DNA of 64,000 nt from the NCBI GenBank assembly GCA_965222375.1, contig CBDCTZ010000005.1, positions 288,001 through 352,000 on the forward strand, written 5' to 3'. The notes beneath the pieces were generated by a model, which saw nothing but the letters and a program-made list of their open reading frames with translations, ran no database searches and had not been told where the DNA came from. Positions within the stretch are counted from its first letter, which is position 1. The number at the start of each line of letters is the position of its first letter. A program made the translations under genes and the position numbers. Source of the DNA: Polyangiaceae bacterium (lineage in GTDB: Bacteria; Myxococcota_A; Polyangia; Polyangiales; Polyangiaceae). This document shows positions 51,251 to 60,840 of the stretch, in pieces.

Positions 51251-52722
51251 AGAAAACGTCGCGACGAGCAGTGCTTCGCGGGCTGGGCGGCTTCTGCGTT
51301 GCCTTGCCATTTTTGGAACTCTTTTCTGCGAAGCAGGCCGGAGCCGGTCCCCTGGTTGCACCGCTTCGCTACCTGATCGCCTTCGGCGGAACGTCTCTTG
51401 GCATGGAGAGCCGGGACTTCGTGATTCCGACCTCCGAGGGCCCCTTGCCCGGCAACCTCACTCGAGGCCTGCAACCCCTCGGCGACGCCGGCGTGGATGA
51501 CGTGACGAGCATTGTCTCGGGAATGAAAATCCCCTGGGGCTCGGGCTCGAACATCCCGGATGGCGGTCGAGCGATTCGATTTCATTCGATGACGACCAAC
51601 CCGCTGCTCTCGGGCATGAAGTCCGGATCCGACAGCGACGAAACCCTGCAAGGCCCCACCTCGGATTGGGTTCTATCGGAAACCCTCGCCGGCCCCACCG
51701 CCAGCACGCGGCCCGTACTCAGCTACCGCGTCCAGGCAGCGTACTATCGCGGCTCCAACGGTACCGGCGGCAACCGCGGATTGATGAGTGCGCGCATGAA
51801 CGGCAGCAAGCTCGAGAAGATCACGCCTCAGTTCAGCCCGCAGGTTGCGTATCAAGATCTCTTCAGTGGCTTCATTCCGCCCGATCCTGTCGAGGCGGAG
51901 AAAGCCAAGCGCTTGCTGAATCGACGCAAGAGCGTGATCGACCTGGTGAGGGGCGATACCGAGCGGCTGTCCAAGCGCCTCGGCGCCGCAGATCGCATCC
52001 GCTTGGAACAGCACTTCGACGAGTTACGTGGATTGGAAAACCGCCTGGAAGCCATCCCGCTCCCCGACGGCAGCCAGTGCAAGATCCTTCCGGATCCGGG
52101 CAAGGACCCGAGCATTGGCGGGGCCGTGGACAATGGCGATACCGGCGGCTATGCGAGCAACGGCGCCTGGAGTGATGAAGAGAAGCGCGCTCAGGTCATG
52201 ACAGACCTGATCCACATGGCGTTCACTTGCGATCAGTCTCGCGTCGCATCGTTGATGTTCACGTACTCTCAGTGCTTCTTGAACATGAACCCGGTGTATG
52301 GCTACCCGAGCGATGTGCACGAGCTCGGCCACTACGCGGTGGGCGGCGGGGACAAGGGCGCCAATGCGGTAGCGGACGCGGTAGCCTGGCACGTGAAGCA
52401 TTTCGCCAACTTGGCGAAGCGGCTGCGGGACACCCAGGACGTCGACGGCAGCAGCATCCTCGACAACACGGTGATGGTGCATACCTTCGAGGGCGGCTGG
52501 GGCTACGATCCCGAGCAAGACCGACAAGGCACGACCCATTCCAGCGAGAACATGGCGGTCATCGTGACCGGCAAGGGCGGCGGAGTGAATGCCAGCGGCG
52601 GCAAGCACATCATCGCGAAGGACCAGCACCCCACCAAGGTCATCAACACGGTGATGGGCGCCCTGGGTGGGCCGTCCAAGCTCGGTCAGGTCAGCGGCAC
52701 GATCAACGGACTCGTTGGCTGA
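51247..52722 (+). CDS. DUF1552 family protein (Tat signal)
   Basis: SRRAVLRGLGG..VALPFLE, RKSVIDLV, DRIRLEQH, AFTCDQSRVAS, H.LGH, SILDNT. Confidence 0.88.
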   Translation: MKKTSRRAVLRGLGGFCVALPFLELFSAKQAGAGPLVAPLRYLIAFGGTSLGMESRDFVIPTSEGPLPGNLTRGLQPLGDAGVDDVTSIVSGMKIPWGSGSNIPDGGRAIRFHSMTTNPLLSGMKSGSDSDETLQGPTSDWVLSETLAGPTASTRPVLSYRVQAAYYRGSNGTGGNRGLMSARMNGSKLEKITPQFSPQVAYQDLFSGFIPPDPVEAEKAKRLLNRRKSVIDLVRGDTERLSKRLGAADRIRLEQHFDELRGLENRLEAIPLPDGSQCKILPDPGKDPSIGGAVDNGDTGGYASNGAWSDEEKRAQVMTDLIHMAFTCDQSRVASLMFTYSQCFLNMNPVYGYPSDVHELGHYAVGGGDKGANAVADAVAWHVKHFANLAKRLRDTQDVDGSSILDNTVMVHTFEGGWGYDPEQDRQGTTHSSENMAVIVTGKGGGVNASGGKHIIAKDQHPTKVINTVMGALGGPSKLGQVSGTINGLVG

Positions 52723-52747
52723 GCCCCACCGCTCAGCCAATGACGCG

Positions 52748-52833
52748 CGCTGGGGCGCGGGCTAGTTGTTGCAGTTCACGTTGACGGGGCCGCTGGGGCG
52801 CGGGCTAGTTGTTGCAGTTCACGTTGACGGGGC
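52748..52833. repeat. Perfect 43-bp tandem duplication
   Basis: CGCTGGGGCGCGGGCTAGTTGTTGCAGTTCACGTTGACGGGGC at 52748-52790 and 52791-52833. Confidence 0.95.
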
Positions 52834-53473
52834 CGAAGGTGTCGCTGATGACGGTGCCGAGGTCGTCATCTAGCTTCCAGTCGACCTTCAAGGTCATGGT
52901 GCCGCTGCAGTACTTGCAGGGATCGTCCGTGCCCGATCCGCTGCCCGTCACCGGCTTGTGAGTCACCTTCTTGGTCGCGCTTGCGGCCACCGGACCCGTA
53001 GCAGCGGGCGTCGGGATGTGGGTCCAGGTCATGGTGTTGGCGCCATCGATCAGCGTGAGTTGCACACTCAAGTTGCCGTTGACCGGCGAGCTGTTGGCGG
53101 TGTTGTCGTAGTCCGCATCAAAGCTGCCATCGATGGCGTTGGGGCCCGCTTCGGTCTTACACTCGACGGTGTAGGCCACGTTCGACAGAGCTGCCTTGAA
53201 GGGGTGCGTGGACGCGTCCGCTGCGGCGTCGCCGCCATCGACCGCCGCACTGCCGCCACTTCCAGCGCCACCATCCAAGCCGCCTGAGCCGCTCGCGCCA
53301 GCGAAACCCGAACTGCCCGAGCTGCCACTCGTGCCGCCTGTGGATCCACCAGTCGCGCCCGTTGCGCCGGTGCCGCCGCTGCCCCCGCTGCCGTCATCGA
53401 CCTCGTCGTCGGAGCAGGCGAAAGCTGCAAGACTCAGGGAGAGCAAGCAAATCCATCCAGCGCTTCTTGTCAT
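52805..53473 (-). CDS. Hypothetical lipoprotein
   Basis: Lipobox AFAC-SDD, Gly-rich linker, beta-rich C-domain with 4 Cys. Confidence 0.75.
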   Translation of the reverse strand: MTRSAGWICLLSLSLAAFACSDDEVDDGSGGSGGTGATGATGGSTGGTSGSSGSSGFAGASGSGGLDGGAGSGGSAAVDGGDAAADASTHPFKAALSNVAYTVECKTEAGPNAIDGSFDADYDNTANSSPVNGNLSVQLTLIDGANTMTWTHIPTPAATGPVAASATKKVTHKPVTGSGSGTDDPCKYCSGTMTLKVDWKLDDDLGTVISDTFGPVNVNCNN

Positions 53474-53517
53474 GGGTCAACTACACCAGAACTCAAACCC
53501 GCGTGCAAACCCCGCGG

Positions 53518-56500
53518 TCAAGCCTTCGTACTCGAGACGCCGAGCGCTTGTGCCTGGGCTCGCAGTTCTTCACTCCGCGCGCGCTGGCCCAGGCGATCTT
53601 CGAACTCTGCCCAGTGCAGGAAGGTCTGTGCCCGCTGCTTGGACAGCCCCAGGGCGTGAAAGATCGCGACGCTCTGGGCAAAGCACGCTTCGGCGTCGAG
53701 GCTGCGTCCCTCGTACTCGACGTGCGCGGCGTTCGGCGTGGTCGCCGCTGACAGGGCGCGGCCCAACGCGCGGAACGCCTCGCCGCGAAAAGCGCTGTCG
53801 TCGTGCCCGGCCGCCCGCACGGCGGCGACGCCGTGGGGCAATGCTTCTTCTGGCCTACCCTTGCCCACCAGGGCTTCGCACAGATAGGCGAGGCACGGAG
53901 CGATGGAAAAGGGCGCCGCATCGTCGCCAAGCCGCACCGCATGCCTCAGCACGCCCTCGGCGCGAGCGTATTGACCCAGACCATTGTAGGCGGCGCCCAG
54001 ATTGCCCAGCACCGCCAGCTCCTGCGTCGTGTGTCCGATGGCGCGGGCGACCTCGAGCGCTTCTTCCAACGAGCTGGCCGCAGCGCGAAAGTCGCCGCGG
54101 AGCCGAGCCAAGTCTCCGAGGTTGTTCAGTTGGCAAGCGATCCCCCAACGGTCTCCGCTGTCACGGTAGATCCCCAAGGCTTGCTCCATGTAACGGGCAG
54201 CCTCGTCGTAGCGATCCAGCAGATGGTACAGGACGACGCCCACCAAATTGAGGCACAGGGCCTGCTCGCGCCGTGCACCCGCTTCCTCGGCCGTCACCAG
54301 ACCCTCTTGAGCTGCAGCCATCGCCTGGTCAGCGTCCGAAAGCATGACCTGCGCCCAACCGAGATTGTGCCAGGCGTTGGCTAGCTCCACCTCGGCGTGG
54401 CGTTTGGTGGCAGGCTGACGCGCCGTCTCGATGGTGGAGCACGCCACGTCCGCGGCGCGCTCCGCAGCCGAGGCCGCTCGAGCGAATTGCGCCGCCTGGC
54501 TCGAGGCCCAGGAGATCCCGTTCTGCGCTCGGGCCTGAGCGATGGGATCGCCCTCCGCGACCGCCGAAGCATGCGCCGTCTCGTAAGCTTCAACGGCCTC
54601 GGCGAAGCGCGCTTGCTTCATCCAGACGTCACCGAGGCCCTCGTGACAGCGCACACTCAGCCCCCGATCGCCGGGCAGGCGCTGCAGGGCGCTTTCGAAG
54701 AAGCGCGCCGCGAGCTCGGTCGCATCCGCGCGTCGCGCGCGCTCCCCAGCATCTGCAAAATAGGTCGCTGCGGCAGCGGCGTTACCAGCGATGTCGAAGT
54801 GCCGTGCAACTTCCGCCGCGGGCGCCAGGCTCTGCTGCGCAAGATGCTGGGCGAGCTGTTCGTGAAGCGCGCGCCGGGTCTTCAGCAGTGTAAACTCGTA
54901 GGTCGTTTCATGACACAGAGCGTGGACGAACTCGAAGTCCGGTGCTTTGGCGCTGAAGCTCTCGTCCAAGGCGAGCATGTTGGCCTCGCATAGTTCGCTC
55001 ACGACCTGGTCATCTATGCTGCCCGCCAGCGCGTCCAGTTGGCTTCGGGATACCCGCTGCCCGACCACAGCGGCCTGCTCCAGCAGTTGTCGCGCCTCGG
55101 GGCTCAGACGATCGAGGCGTTCCACCAGAAGCGGTGCAATGCGGGGAGGCAGGCTGAGGCTCTCCGGGGGCCGCTCCGAGATGGACAGCCCCAGACCGTC
55201 AACGCGCACGACGCCACGCTCTATCAGAACCCGCAGAAGCTCTTCGCAGAAAAAGGGGTTTCCCCCAGCCCGCTCGACCAAGAAATCCCGAATCCAAGCC
55301 GGCACGTGGCGGGCACGACTGAGCAGCCCCTGTGCCAAGGTGTGGGCGTCGATGCGGGAGAGTGCCGCGAGGTCCATCCGCTGCAACCACCCGGCGGCTT
55401 GGCCCGGACGCTGCCACAGCCCGGGTCGACTTGTAGCAACGAGAAAGACGCGCCCCTCTTGCCTGGACAGGCGAGCCAAAAACTCCAGGGACGCATCGTC
55501 TGCGTAATGCAGATCCTCCACGAACAAGAGCAGCATGCGCTGCTTGGCCAAGGCACCGAACAGCTGCAAGAGCAGCACTTCCGCGCGGCCGCGGATCTGC
55601 ACGGCGTCCCGGCGCAGTCCGGCCAGCTCGGCGCTCTCGGGAAGCAGACCGAGCACGAAGCCGACGTAGCGCAGCGCTTCCTCAACCGGCTCGGCGCCCA
55701 GGTGCTGCTCGAAGACAGGACGCAGCTTCGCCACTGCCTCCTGGGGCTCCCGACTTGTGGCCGACGCGGCCCGAAGCACCAGCTCGCGCAGAAGTCCGAA
55801 CGGCTCCCCCTCAGCGGTGGATACACACACGTGCTCGAGAACCCGCACGGGATCTCCCTGCACCCGCAGCAGGCGCGCCAATTCCGAAGCAAGTCGACTC
55901 TTGCCGATTCCACCGTCGGCGCTGACGCAGACGAATTCAGGCTGCCCGCTTCGAGCACGTTGGTACTGGGCGAGGAGGGCCCCCAACTCCCGCTCACGAC
56001 CGACGAAAGCGCTGGTTACGTCCGTGAGGGTATGGGACGGCAGCCGAATTCCTCGCGTGGACTCACCGAGCGCCACGAAGGTCTTGAGAGCTTGGCTCTT
56101 GCCCTTCACCTCCAGGGGCTGCTGCTCCGCAAGTTCGAAGGCCGACTCCACCTGCGCAGCGGTATCACTGCCAATCAAGACGCTGCCCAGTTCGGCGGCA
56201 TGCTCCAGGCGCGAGGCGACGTTCACGGTGTCGCCGATGACGTTCCACTCGCCCGTCGACGCTACCCGGGACACACTGGCCTGCCCGGTATTGACGCCAA
56301 CTCGCATGCCCAGCTGCACGTCTTCGCGAGCGCGGAAGGCGACGAGTTCACGCTGCAGTCCCAACCCGGCCCGTACCGCGCACTGCGCGTCGTCGGGTCG
56401 GGCACCCGAAAGCCCCCATACCGCCATCACCGCATCGCCTATGTGTTTGTCGATGTGGCCGCGATTGGAAACAATCACCTGATCTAGCGCGGGCCACAGC

Positions 56501-56736
56501 CGCTTGAGCAGGTCTTGAACCTCCTCGGGATCGAGCCGCTCGCTCAGCTTCGTGAATCCCGATACGTCCGCGAACAGCACCGTCACCAGTTGGCGCTTGT
56601 CGCCGCTCAGGGAGCTGAGGGCGGCCAGCTTCTGCCGCAACTCAGCCGTAGCCGTGTCCACCACGGTATTGCCCAAGGCGGTGCGCTGACCTTCGAGCGC
56701 ATCAATGGCTTTCTCGAGCTTGTCCTTCTCGCTCAT
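53518..56736 (-). CDS. Class III adenylate/guanylate cyclase + AAA/STAND-type ATPase + TPR protein
   Basis: LFADVSGFT, KHIGDAVMA, GDTVNVASRL; FVGRERE, ADGGIGKSRL, EDLHYAD, GGNPFF; C-terminal TPRs. Confidence 0.9.
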   Translation of the reverse strand: MSEKDKLEKAIDALEGQRTALGNTVVDTATAELRQKLAALSSLSGDKRQLVTVLFADVSGFTKLSERLDPEEVQDLLKRLWPALDQVIVSNRGHIDKHIGDAVMAVWGLSGARPDDAQCAVRAGLGLQRELVAFRAREDVQLGMRVGVNTGQASVSRVASTGEWNVIGDTVNVASRLEHAAELGSVLIGSDTAAQVESAFELAEQQPLEVKGKSQALKTFVALGESTRGIRLPSHTLTDVTSAFVGRERELGALLAQYQRARSGQPEFVCVSADGGIGKSRLASELARLLRVQGDPVRVLEHVCVSTAEGEPFGLLRELVLRAASATSREPQEAVAKLRPVFEQHLGAEPVEEALRYVGFVLGLLPESAELAGLRRDAVQIRGRAEVLLLQLFGALAKQRMLLLFVEDLHYADDASLEFLARLSRQEGRVFLVATSRPGLWQRPGQAAGWLQRMDLAALSRIDAHTLAQGLLSRARHVPAWIRDFLVERAGGNPFFCEELLRVLIERGVVRVDGLGLSISERPPESLSLPPRIAPLLVERLDRLSPEARQLLEQAAVVGQRVSRSQLDALAGSIDDQVVSELCEANMLALDESFSAKAPDFEFVHALCHETTYEFTLLKTRRALHEQLAQHLAQQSLAPAAEVARHFDIAGNAAAAATYFADAGERARRADATELAARFFESALQRLPGDRGLSVRCHEGLGDVWMKQARFAEAVEAYETAHASAVAEGDPIAQARAQNGISWASSQAAQFARAASAAERAADVACSTIETARQPATKRHAEVELANAWHNLGWAQVMLSDADQAMAAAQEGLVTAEEAGARREQALCLNLVGVVLYHLLDRYDEAARYMEQALGIYRDSGDRWGIACQLNNLGDLARLRGDFRAAASSLEEALEVARAIGHTTQELAVLGNLGAAYNGLGQYARAEGVLRHAVRLGDDAAPFSIAPCLAYLCEALVGKGRPEEALPHGVAAVRAAGHDDSAFRGEAFRALGRALSAATTPNAAHVEYEGRSLDAEACFAQSVAIFHALGLSKQRAQTFLHWAEFEDRLGQRARSEELRAQAQALGVSSTKA

Positions 56737-56746
56737 GCTGCGCGGG

Positions 56747-57907
56747 TCAACGCACGACTTGGGTCTTGCAACCGAGCAAGATGTCGACCTTCGCCGTGAA
56801 GTCCTTCTTCACGCTGTCACACAAGCTCGGGCAGAGCAGTATTCGCTTTGGGGCCTTGGGGTCGTCGTAGAACCAGCCAGCACCCTGCTTGCAGTCGCTG
56901 GTTTGAGGAATGACGTTGGATTTTCCCCCAGTCTCCAGCACGACGTTCACACGGTTGAGCTCGATTTCGCCTTTGCTCACCTTTTCGGGGATTTCGTATT
57001 CGCAAGGCAGCGCTTCGCCCCGCACCTTGGCCAAGGCTTGTTCGAACTCCGCTTGCACGTTCGTATTGCTGACCAAGATGGCGCTGGTCGTGCCTCCCGC
57101 TTGAGCGATTTGATTGGCGAAAGACTGATCGACTCCGGGCAAGCCCACCACGTAGGTCAGTACTGATGGATTGAAGTTCACGCCTGTGGTCGCGAGCTTC
57201 GCGATTTCGTTCCAATCCTCGGGGCTGACGCCCGCGCACAAGCCAAGCGGCCCCGCGGGGATTCCGTCCGTCACCAACAGCACCGCCGCCGTGTGACCCG
57301 GATTGTTCTGAATGATCTCGATGCCCTTGAGCAACCCGCCGCCAAGCGCCGGGTATGTCGGCGTGGACAGGCCATTGGGACTTTCGGCCCCCAACGCAGC
57401 GACAATCGGCGCGGCGTTGCCGGGCAGGACCCCGAAAGGCACATCGGGTGCGGCGTAAGCCTTTTGGTCACAGGCTGGAGTCGCGTTCGGCGCCCGAGGG
57501 AAGAACTTCAGACCGACGTAGACACCGGTAGAGTCCTTCGACTGCGCGAACGCCGTCAGCCCCGCCACGGCGGCGGTCCATTGGTTGCCCGCCATGCTGT
57601 TGGACTTGTCCATCATGACGTAGAGATGCAGCGGCGAGTTCTTAGCGCTCTCCGTCACCACCGCGCAGGCCGCATCGGGGTCGAGACCATCCGGCAGACC
57701 GCTATCGATGATCACGCCTCCGCCGGTTCCACCGCTGGCGGAAGCGTCCCCAGCGCTGCCCCCCGCGCCCGACGCTGCACCGGTGCCTGTGGAGCCACCC
57801 ACGCCGGAGCCCGGCGGAGCGCTCGCATCGGAGCCGCATGCGGAAAAAACTGCAGCCGTGAGGCCGCCAAGGACGAGGGCGAAGCCGAAGCGAAGTGTAG
57901 GTGTCAT
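56747..57907 (-). CDS. VWA-domain lipoprotein
   Basis: Lipobox FSAC, MIDAS DKSNSM, TPT, LLVTDG, C-terminal GWFYDD...ILLCP..C...LGC. Confidence 0.85.
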   Translation of the reverse strand: MTPTLRFGFALVLGGLTAAVFSACGSDASAPPGSGVGGSTGTGAASGAGGSAGDASASGGTGGGVIIDSGLPDGLDPDAACAVVTESAKNSPLHLYVMMDKSNSMAGNQWTAAVAGLTAFAQSKDSTGVYVGLKFFPRAPNATPACDQKAYAAPDVPFGVLPGNAAPIVAALGAESPNGLSTPTYPALGGGLLKGIEIIQNNPGHTAAVLLVTDGIPAGPLGLCAGVSPEDWNEIAKLATTGVNFNPSVLTYVVGLPGVDQSFANQIAQAGGTTSAILVSNTNVQAEFEQALAKVRGEALPCEYEIPEKVSKGEIELNRVNVVLETGGKSNVIPQTSDCKQGAGWFYDDPKAPKRILLCPSLCDSVKKDFTAKVDILLGCKTQVVR

Positions 57908-58050
57908 GGCTACATGGGCGGCCCGCGCCGCTGGGGCAGCATAGCAAAGCCGACCGGGTCTGGCCCGCTCCGCACGGCGATGCGGCCGTATCTGCGGGAG
58001 ATGGGAGAACTTCGCTTGTTCCAAGTCACGCTCCGCGGCACACTTTGCCC

Positions 58051-59940
58051 ATGATGGCTCGTGGGTTTCTTGCTTCTTTGATGTGTGTGTCCGTCGCGAT
58101 TCTATCCCTCGGTTGCGCCGGTGGCGGCGAAGCGGATACGGGACCTGGAGTCGGTGGCGGCACCTCCCTTGACGGCGGTGACGGCAGTGCTGGAAACAAC
58201 GGCACTGGCGGTACCGGTGGTGGGATCAGCACCGGCGGGACCGGCGGCGGCGGAATTGGCGGCACCGCAGGCACTGCGGGTAGTGCCGGTAGCGCCGGCT
58301 CGGCAGGCTCCGCGGGTTCGGCGGGATCAGCCGGAGCGGACGCGGGCACCGGCGGCCAAGACGGAGGCACCGGCGGCGCCGACGCGGGCCCCTGCTCGAC
58401 GGGTTGCCCCGCCAACATGTGGGACGTGGACAAGAACCCCCTCACGGGAGTCTGCGGCTGCGAGTACAGCTGCGTGAAGAAGGGCGCGACCGACCCCATC
58501 GATCCCAACTACGAAGATGACAACTGCGACGGCGGCGACGGCATCGTAGAACAGTGTGTGTACGTCTCCAAGGCAACGGGCAATGACACCACCGGCGACG
58601 GCACCCGGCAGAACCCAATGCAAACCATCGCCGCGGCGATCGCCAAGGCGAAGGCCAATACCGTGCCGGCTGTATGCCTGAGTGGGGAGCAGTACAACGA
58701 AGCCGTGACCGTGGAGAGCGGTATCAGCGTGTACGGCGGCTTCGATCACAACGACTCCAACTTCCGTTTCAAGCGCACCGCAAGCGTTTCGACCTTCGTC
58801 ACCGCCCCAGGGACCGTATTTTTTGCGCCTAAGGTCGATGTAGAAACCCACATTGAAGGCTTGACCATCCAGGCCACCCAGGATTCCACCCCGGGCGGGA
58901 GCACCTATGGCGTACGTAGCGCCGGTGGCAATGGCCAGCTTTACATTCGATACAACAAGATCGAAGCCGCCAAGGGCACCAAAGGTGCCGACGGCAGCAA
59001 CGGCACGGTGCTCAGCAACCCGAAAGCTCCCGACGGAAAGAAGGGCGGCGACGGCAAAGACAACGGCAGTTCCGGCGGCATTGGCGCTGCGGCTCCGACA
59101 GGTTGCGGAACCGGCGCGGGCGGCAAGGGCGGCGACGGTGGCTACGACAACAACTCGCCAGGAGGTACTGGCAGCCCCGGCTCAGGCGGCGCCGTGGGTG
59201 GAACCGCAGGCCCGGGCGCGAGCGGTTGCGGAACTGGCGGGGCCGGTGGCCCAGGTGGCTCGGTCACCACGGGCGCTGTGCACGGACAACCCGGTGCGCC
59301 GGGCACCGACGTGGGCGCGATCTCTGCGGGTGTGTACGTGCCCGCCAACGGTGGCGATGGCAAGGCCGGCGTCAAAGGTGAAGGCGGCGGCGGCGGCGGT
59401 GGCGGCGGTGGCGGCCCCGAGTGCAACGGCGTCACATGCATCTTCACGTGTGGTTGTTGCACAGCCGATCGCGGTGGCGGCGGCGGCAGTGGTGGCTGCG
59501 GAGGCGCAGTCGGCAACATCGGCACCGGTGGCGGTGGCGGTGGTGGCAGCTTCGCCATCCTGATCGCCGGCGGTAGCGCCATCGTCACGAACAACCAGCT
59601 GCTGCCCTCCGACGGCGGCGACGGCGGCAAGGGCGGCGGCGGCAGTGCTGGCCAAATCGGCGGCGCAGGCGGTCCTCCCGGCAACGGTCCCGACGACTCG
59701 GGCGCAGGCGGTCCCGGTGGCAGCGGTGGCAATGGCGGCGCAGGCGGCCCGGCCGGCGGCGGCGGTGGCGGCCCGAGCGCTTGCGTCGGACGCAAGTCCG
59801 GCACCGGCGTGACCATGAGCAACAACACCTGCGTCACCGCAACCCCCGGAATCGGCGGCGACGGTGGCACCACCACCGCCAGCGGCATCACCGCAACCAA
59901 GGGTGCCAACGGCAAGACCGGCCTCGAGCTGCTCATCTGA
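58051..59940 (+). CDS. Gly-rich (PGRS-like) lipoprotein with a DUF1565-like beta-helix start
   Basis: Lipobox [16 protein letters not shown]...GND...[19 protein letters not shown], long GGxGG tracts. Confidence 0.75.
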   Translation: MMARGFLASLMCVSVAILSLGCAGGGEADTGPGVGGGTSLDGGDGSAGNNGTGGTGGGISTGGTGGGGIGGTAGTAGSAGSAGSAGSAGSAGSAGADAGTGGQDGGTGGADAGPCSTGCPANMWDVDKNPLTGVCGCEYSCVKKGATDPIDPNYEDDNCDGGDGIVEQCVYVSKATGNDTTGDGTRQNPMQTIAAAIAKAKANTVPAVCLSGEQYNEAVTVESGISVYGGFDHNDSNFRFKRTASVSTFVTAPGTVFFAPKVDVETHIEGLTIQATQDSTPGGSTYGVRSAGGNGQLYIRYNKIEAAKGTKGADGSNGTVLSNPKAPDGKKGGDGKDNGSSGGIGAAAPTGCGTGAGGKGGDGGYDNNSPGGTGSPGSGGAVGGTAGPGASGCGTGGAGGPGGSVTTGAVHGQPGAPGTDVGAISAGVYVPANGGDGKAGVKGEGGGGGGGGGGGPECNGVTCIFTCGCCTADRGGGGGSGGCGGAVGNIGTGGGGGGGSFAILIAGGSAIVTNNQLLPSDGGDGGKGGGGSAGQIGGAGGPPGNGPDDSGAGGPGGSGGNGGAGGPAGGGGGGPSACVGRKSGTGVTMSNNTCVTATPGIGGDGGTTTASGITATKGANGKTGLELLI

Positions 59941-60007
59941 GAAACCCCGACAATCGCGTGCGGGTCGATACGGTCCGCACGCATCCCTTGGGTAGCTTGG
60001 GCGCGAG

Positions 60008-60048
60008 CGTGTGCGTGTGAGCGGGCGTGAACGTGTGCGTGTGAGCGG
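60008..60048. repeat. Short direct repeat (17 bp x2, period 24) at the intron breakpoint
   Basis: CGTGTGCGTGTGAGCGG at 60008-60024 and 60032-60048. Confidence 0.8.
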
Positions 60049-60049
60049 C

Positions 60050-60257
60050 GACCATTGCGATGGCCCGCTGCAAGACCTTGTCCTCAAACGTCGGAATGCC
60101 GATGGCTCGCATCTGCTTTCCGTCCGCCTTCGGAATTTGGACTCGCCGCACCGGTGGTGCTCGGTACGTCCCGGACTTCGCTCGGTCGAGCAGCGACTGG
60201 AGGTGCTATCCGTTCGAGTCTTGTTGAGACACTTGCGGAGCTTGGTCTCTCCGACAT
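60050..60257 (-). pseudogene. Intron-encoded reverse transcriptase remnant
   Basis: [18 protein letters not shown], then an out-of-frame jump to [51 protein letters not shown] (RT domains 1-2), then truncation. Confidence 0.9.
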
Positions 60258-60806
60258 CTTTCTCTCCTAACGGGCCCGTTGTGCGGCACTCCCTTCCCTC
60301 CACAGGGTCGCTTGGACACTTCCCCTGCTTCAATGGCTACTATGAAGGGCTCGGCCTTCTCGCCGCCCGTCCTGCGTCACTTCGTATTCCTTCGAACGGC
60401 AGTACCTTCCTTGCGAAAGGAGACGACGGGATTTCCCAGGTTCCTGGGGGACCTTGGCGCGCGTGCCTTGCTCATCGACCCCGGTGGGTCCGCTGCATTC
60501 AATCGGACCATTCGGGCTGGCCGTCCTACCCTCTTCTGCAGCGATGTTGCCTTCCGCTCTGGGTCGACGGCGTCGGCACCCACAGGCATTTTCTTTCGGG
60601 GCTCAATCACACGGCCCCCACGCTGGCTGTCTACGCTTCGCAGCTTTCCTTCCCGCTTTCGCAGTCGTACGGCCACGCAAGACTCGCTTCCGGCTGGTGG
60701 TCCACCTTGGCCGGCCGGGACTTGTCACCCGCGACGTCCCAGCATGAGGTTTCTTTCACTTTTCCTCTAGTTGACCTCCTCCTCATCCAGGCTTTGCCTG
60801 GCGCAC
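60050..60806 (-). mobile_element. Group II intron (IIB-like) 5' fragment with a remnant of the RT/maturase ORF
   Basis: Minus strand starts GTGCGCC at 60806; domain I motifs GCGAAGCGTAGACAG, GATTGAGCCCCGAAA, GCCGAC...GGAAGGCAA, AGGAACCTGGGA; no domain V/VI seen. Confidence 0.9.
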
Positions 60807-60840
60807 CGACCCCCAAAAACCCCAACTCAAAAAAGCGGAG

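Noticed and set aside
52748..52833. Possible CRISPR repeat
   Set aside because: Two abutting copies with no spacer, overlapping a gene end, and no cas genes
55039..56487. 482-aa plus-strand ORF
   Set aside because: Antisense shadow of the cyclase gene
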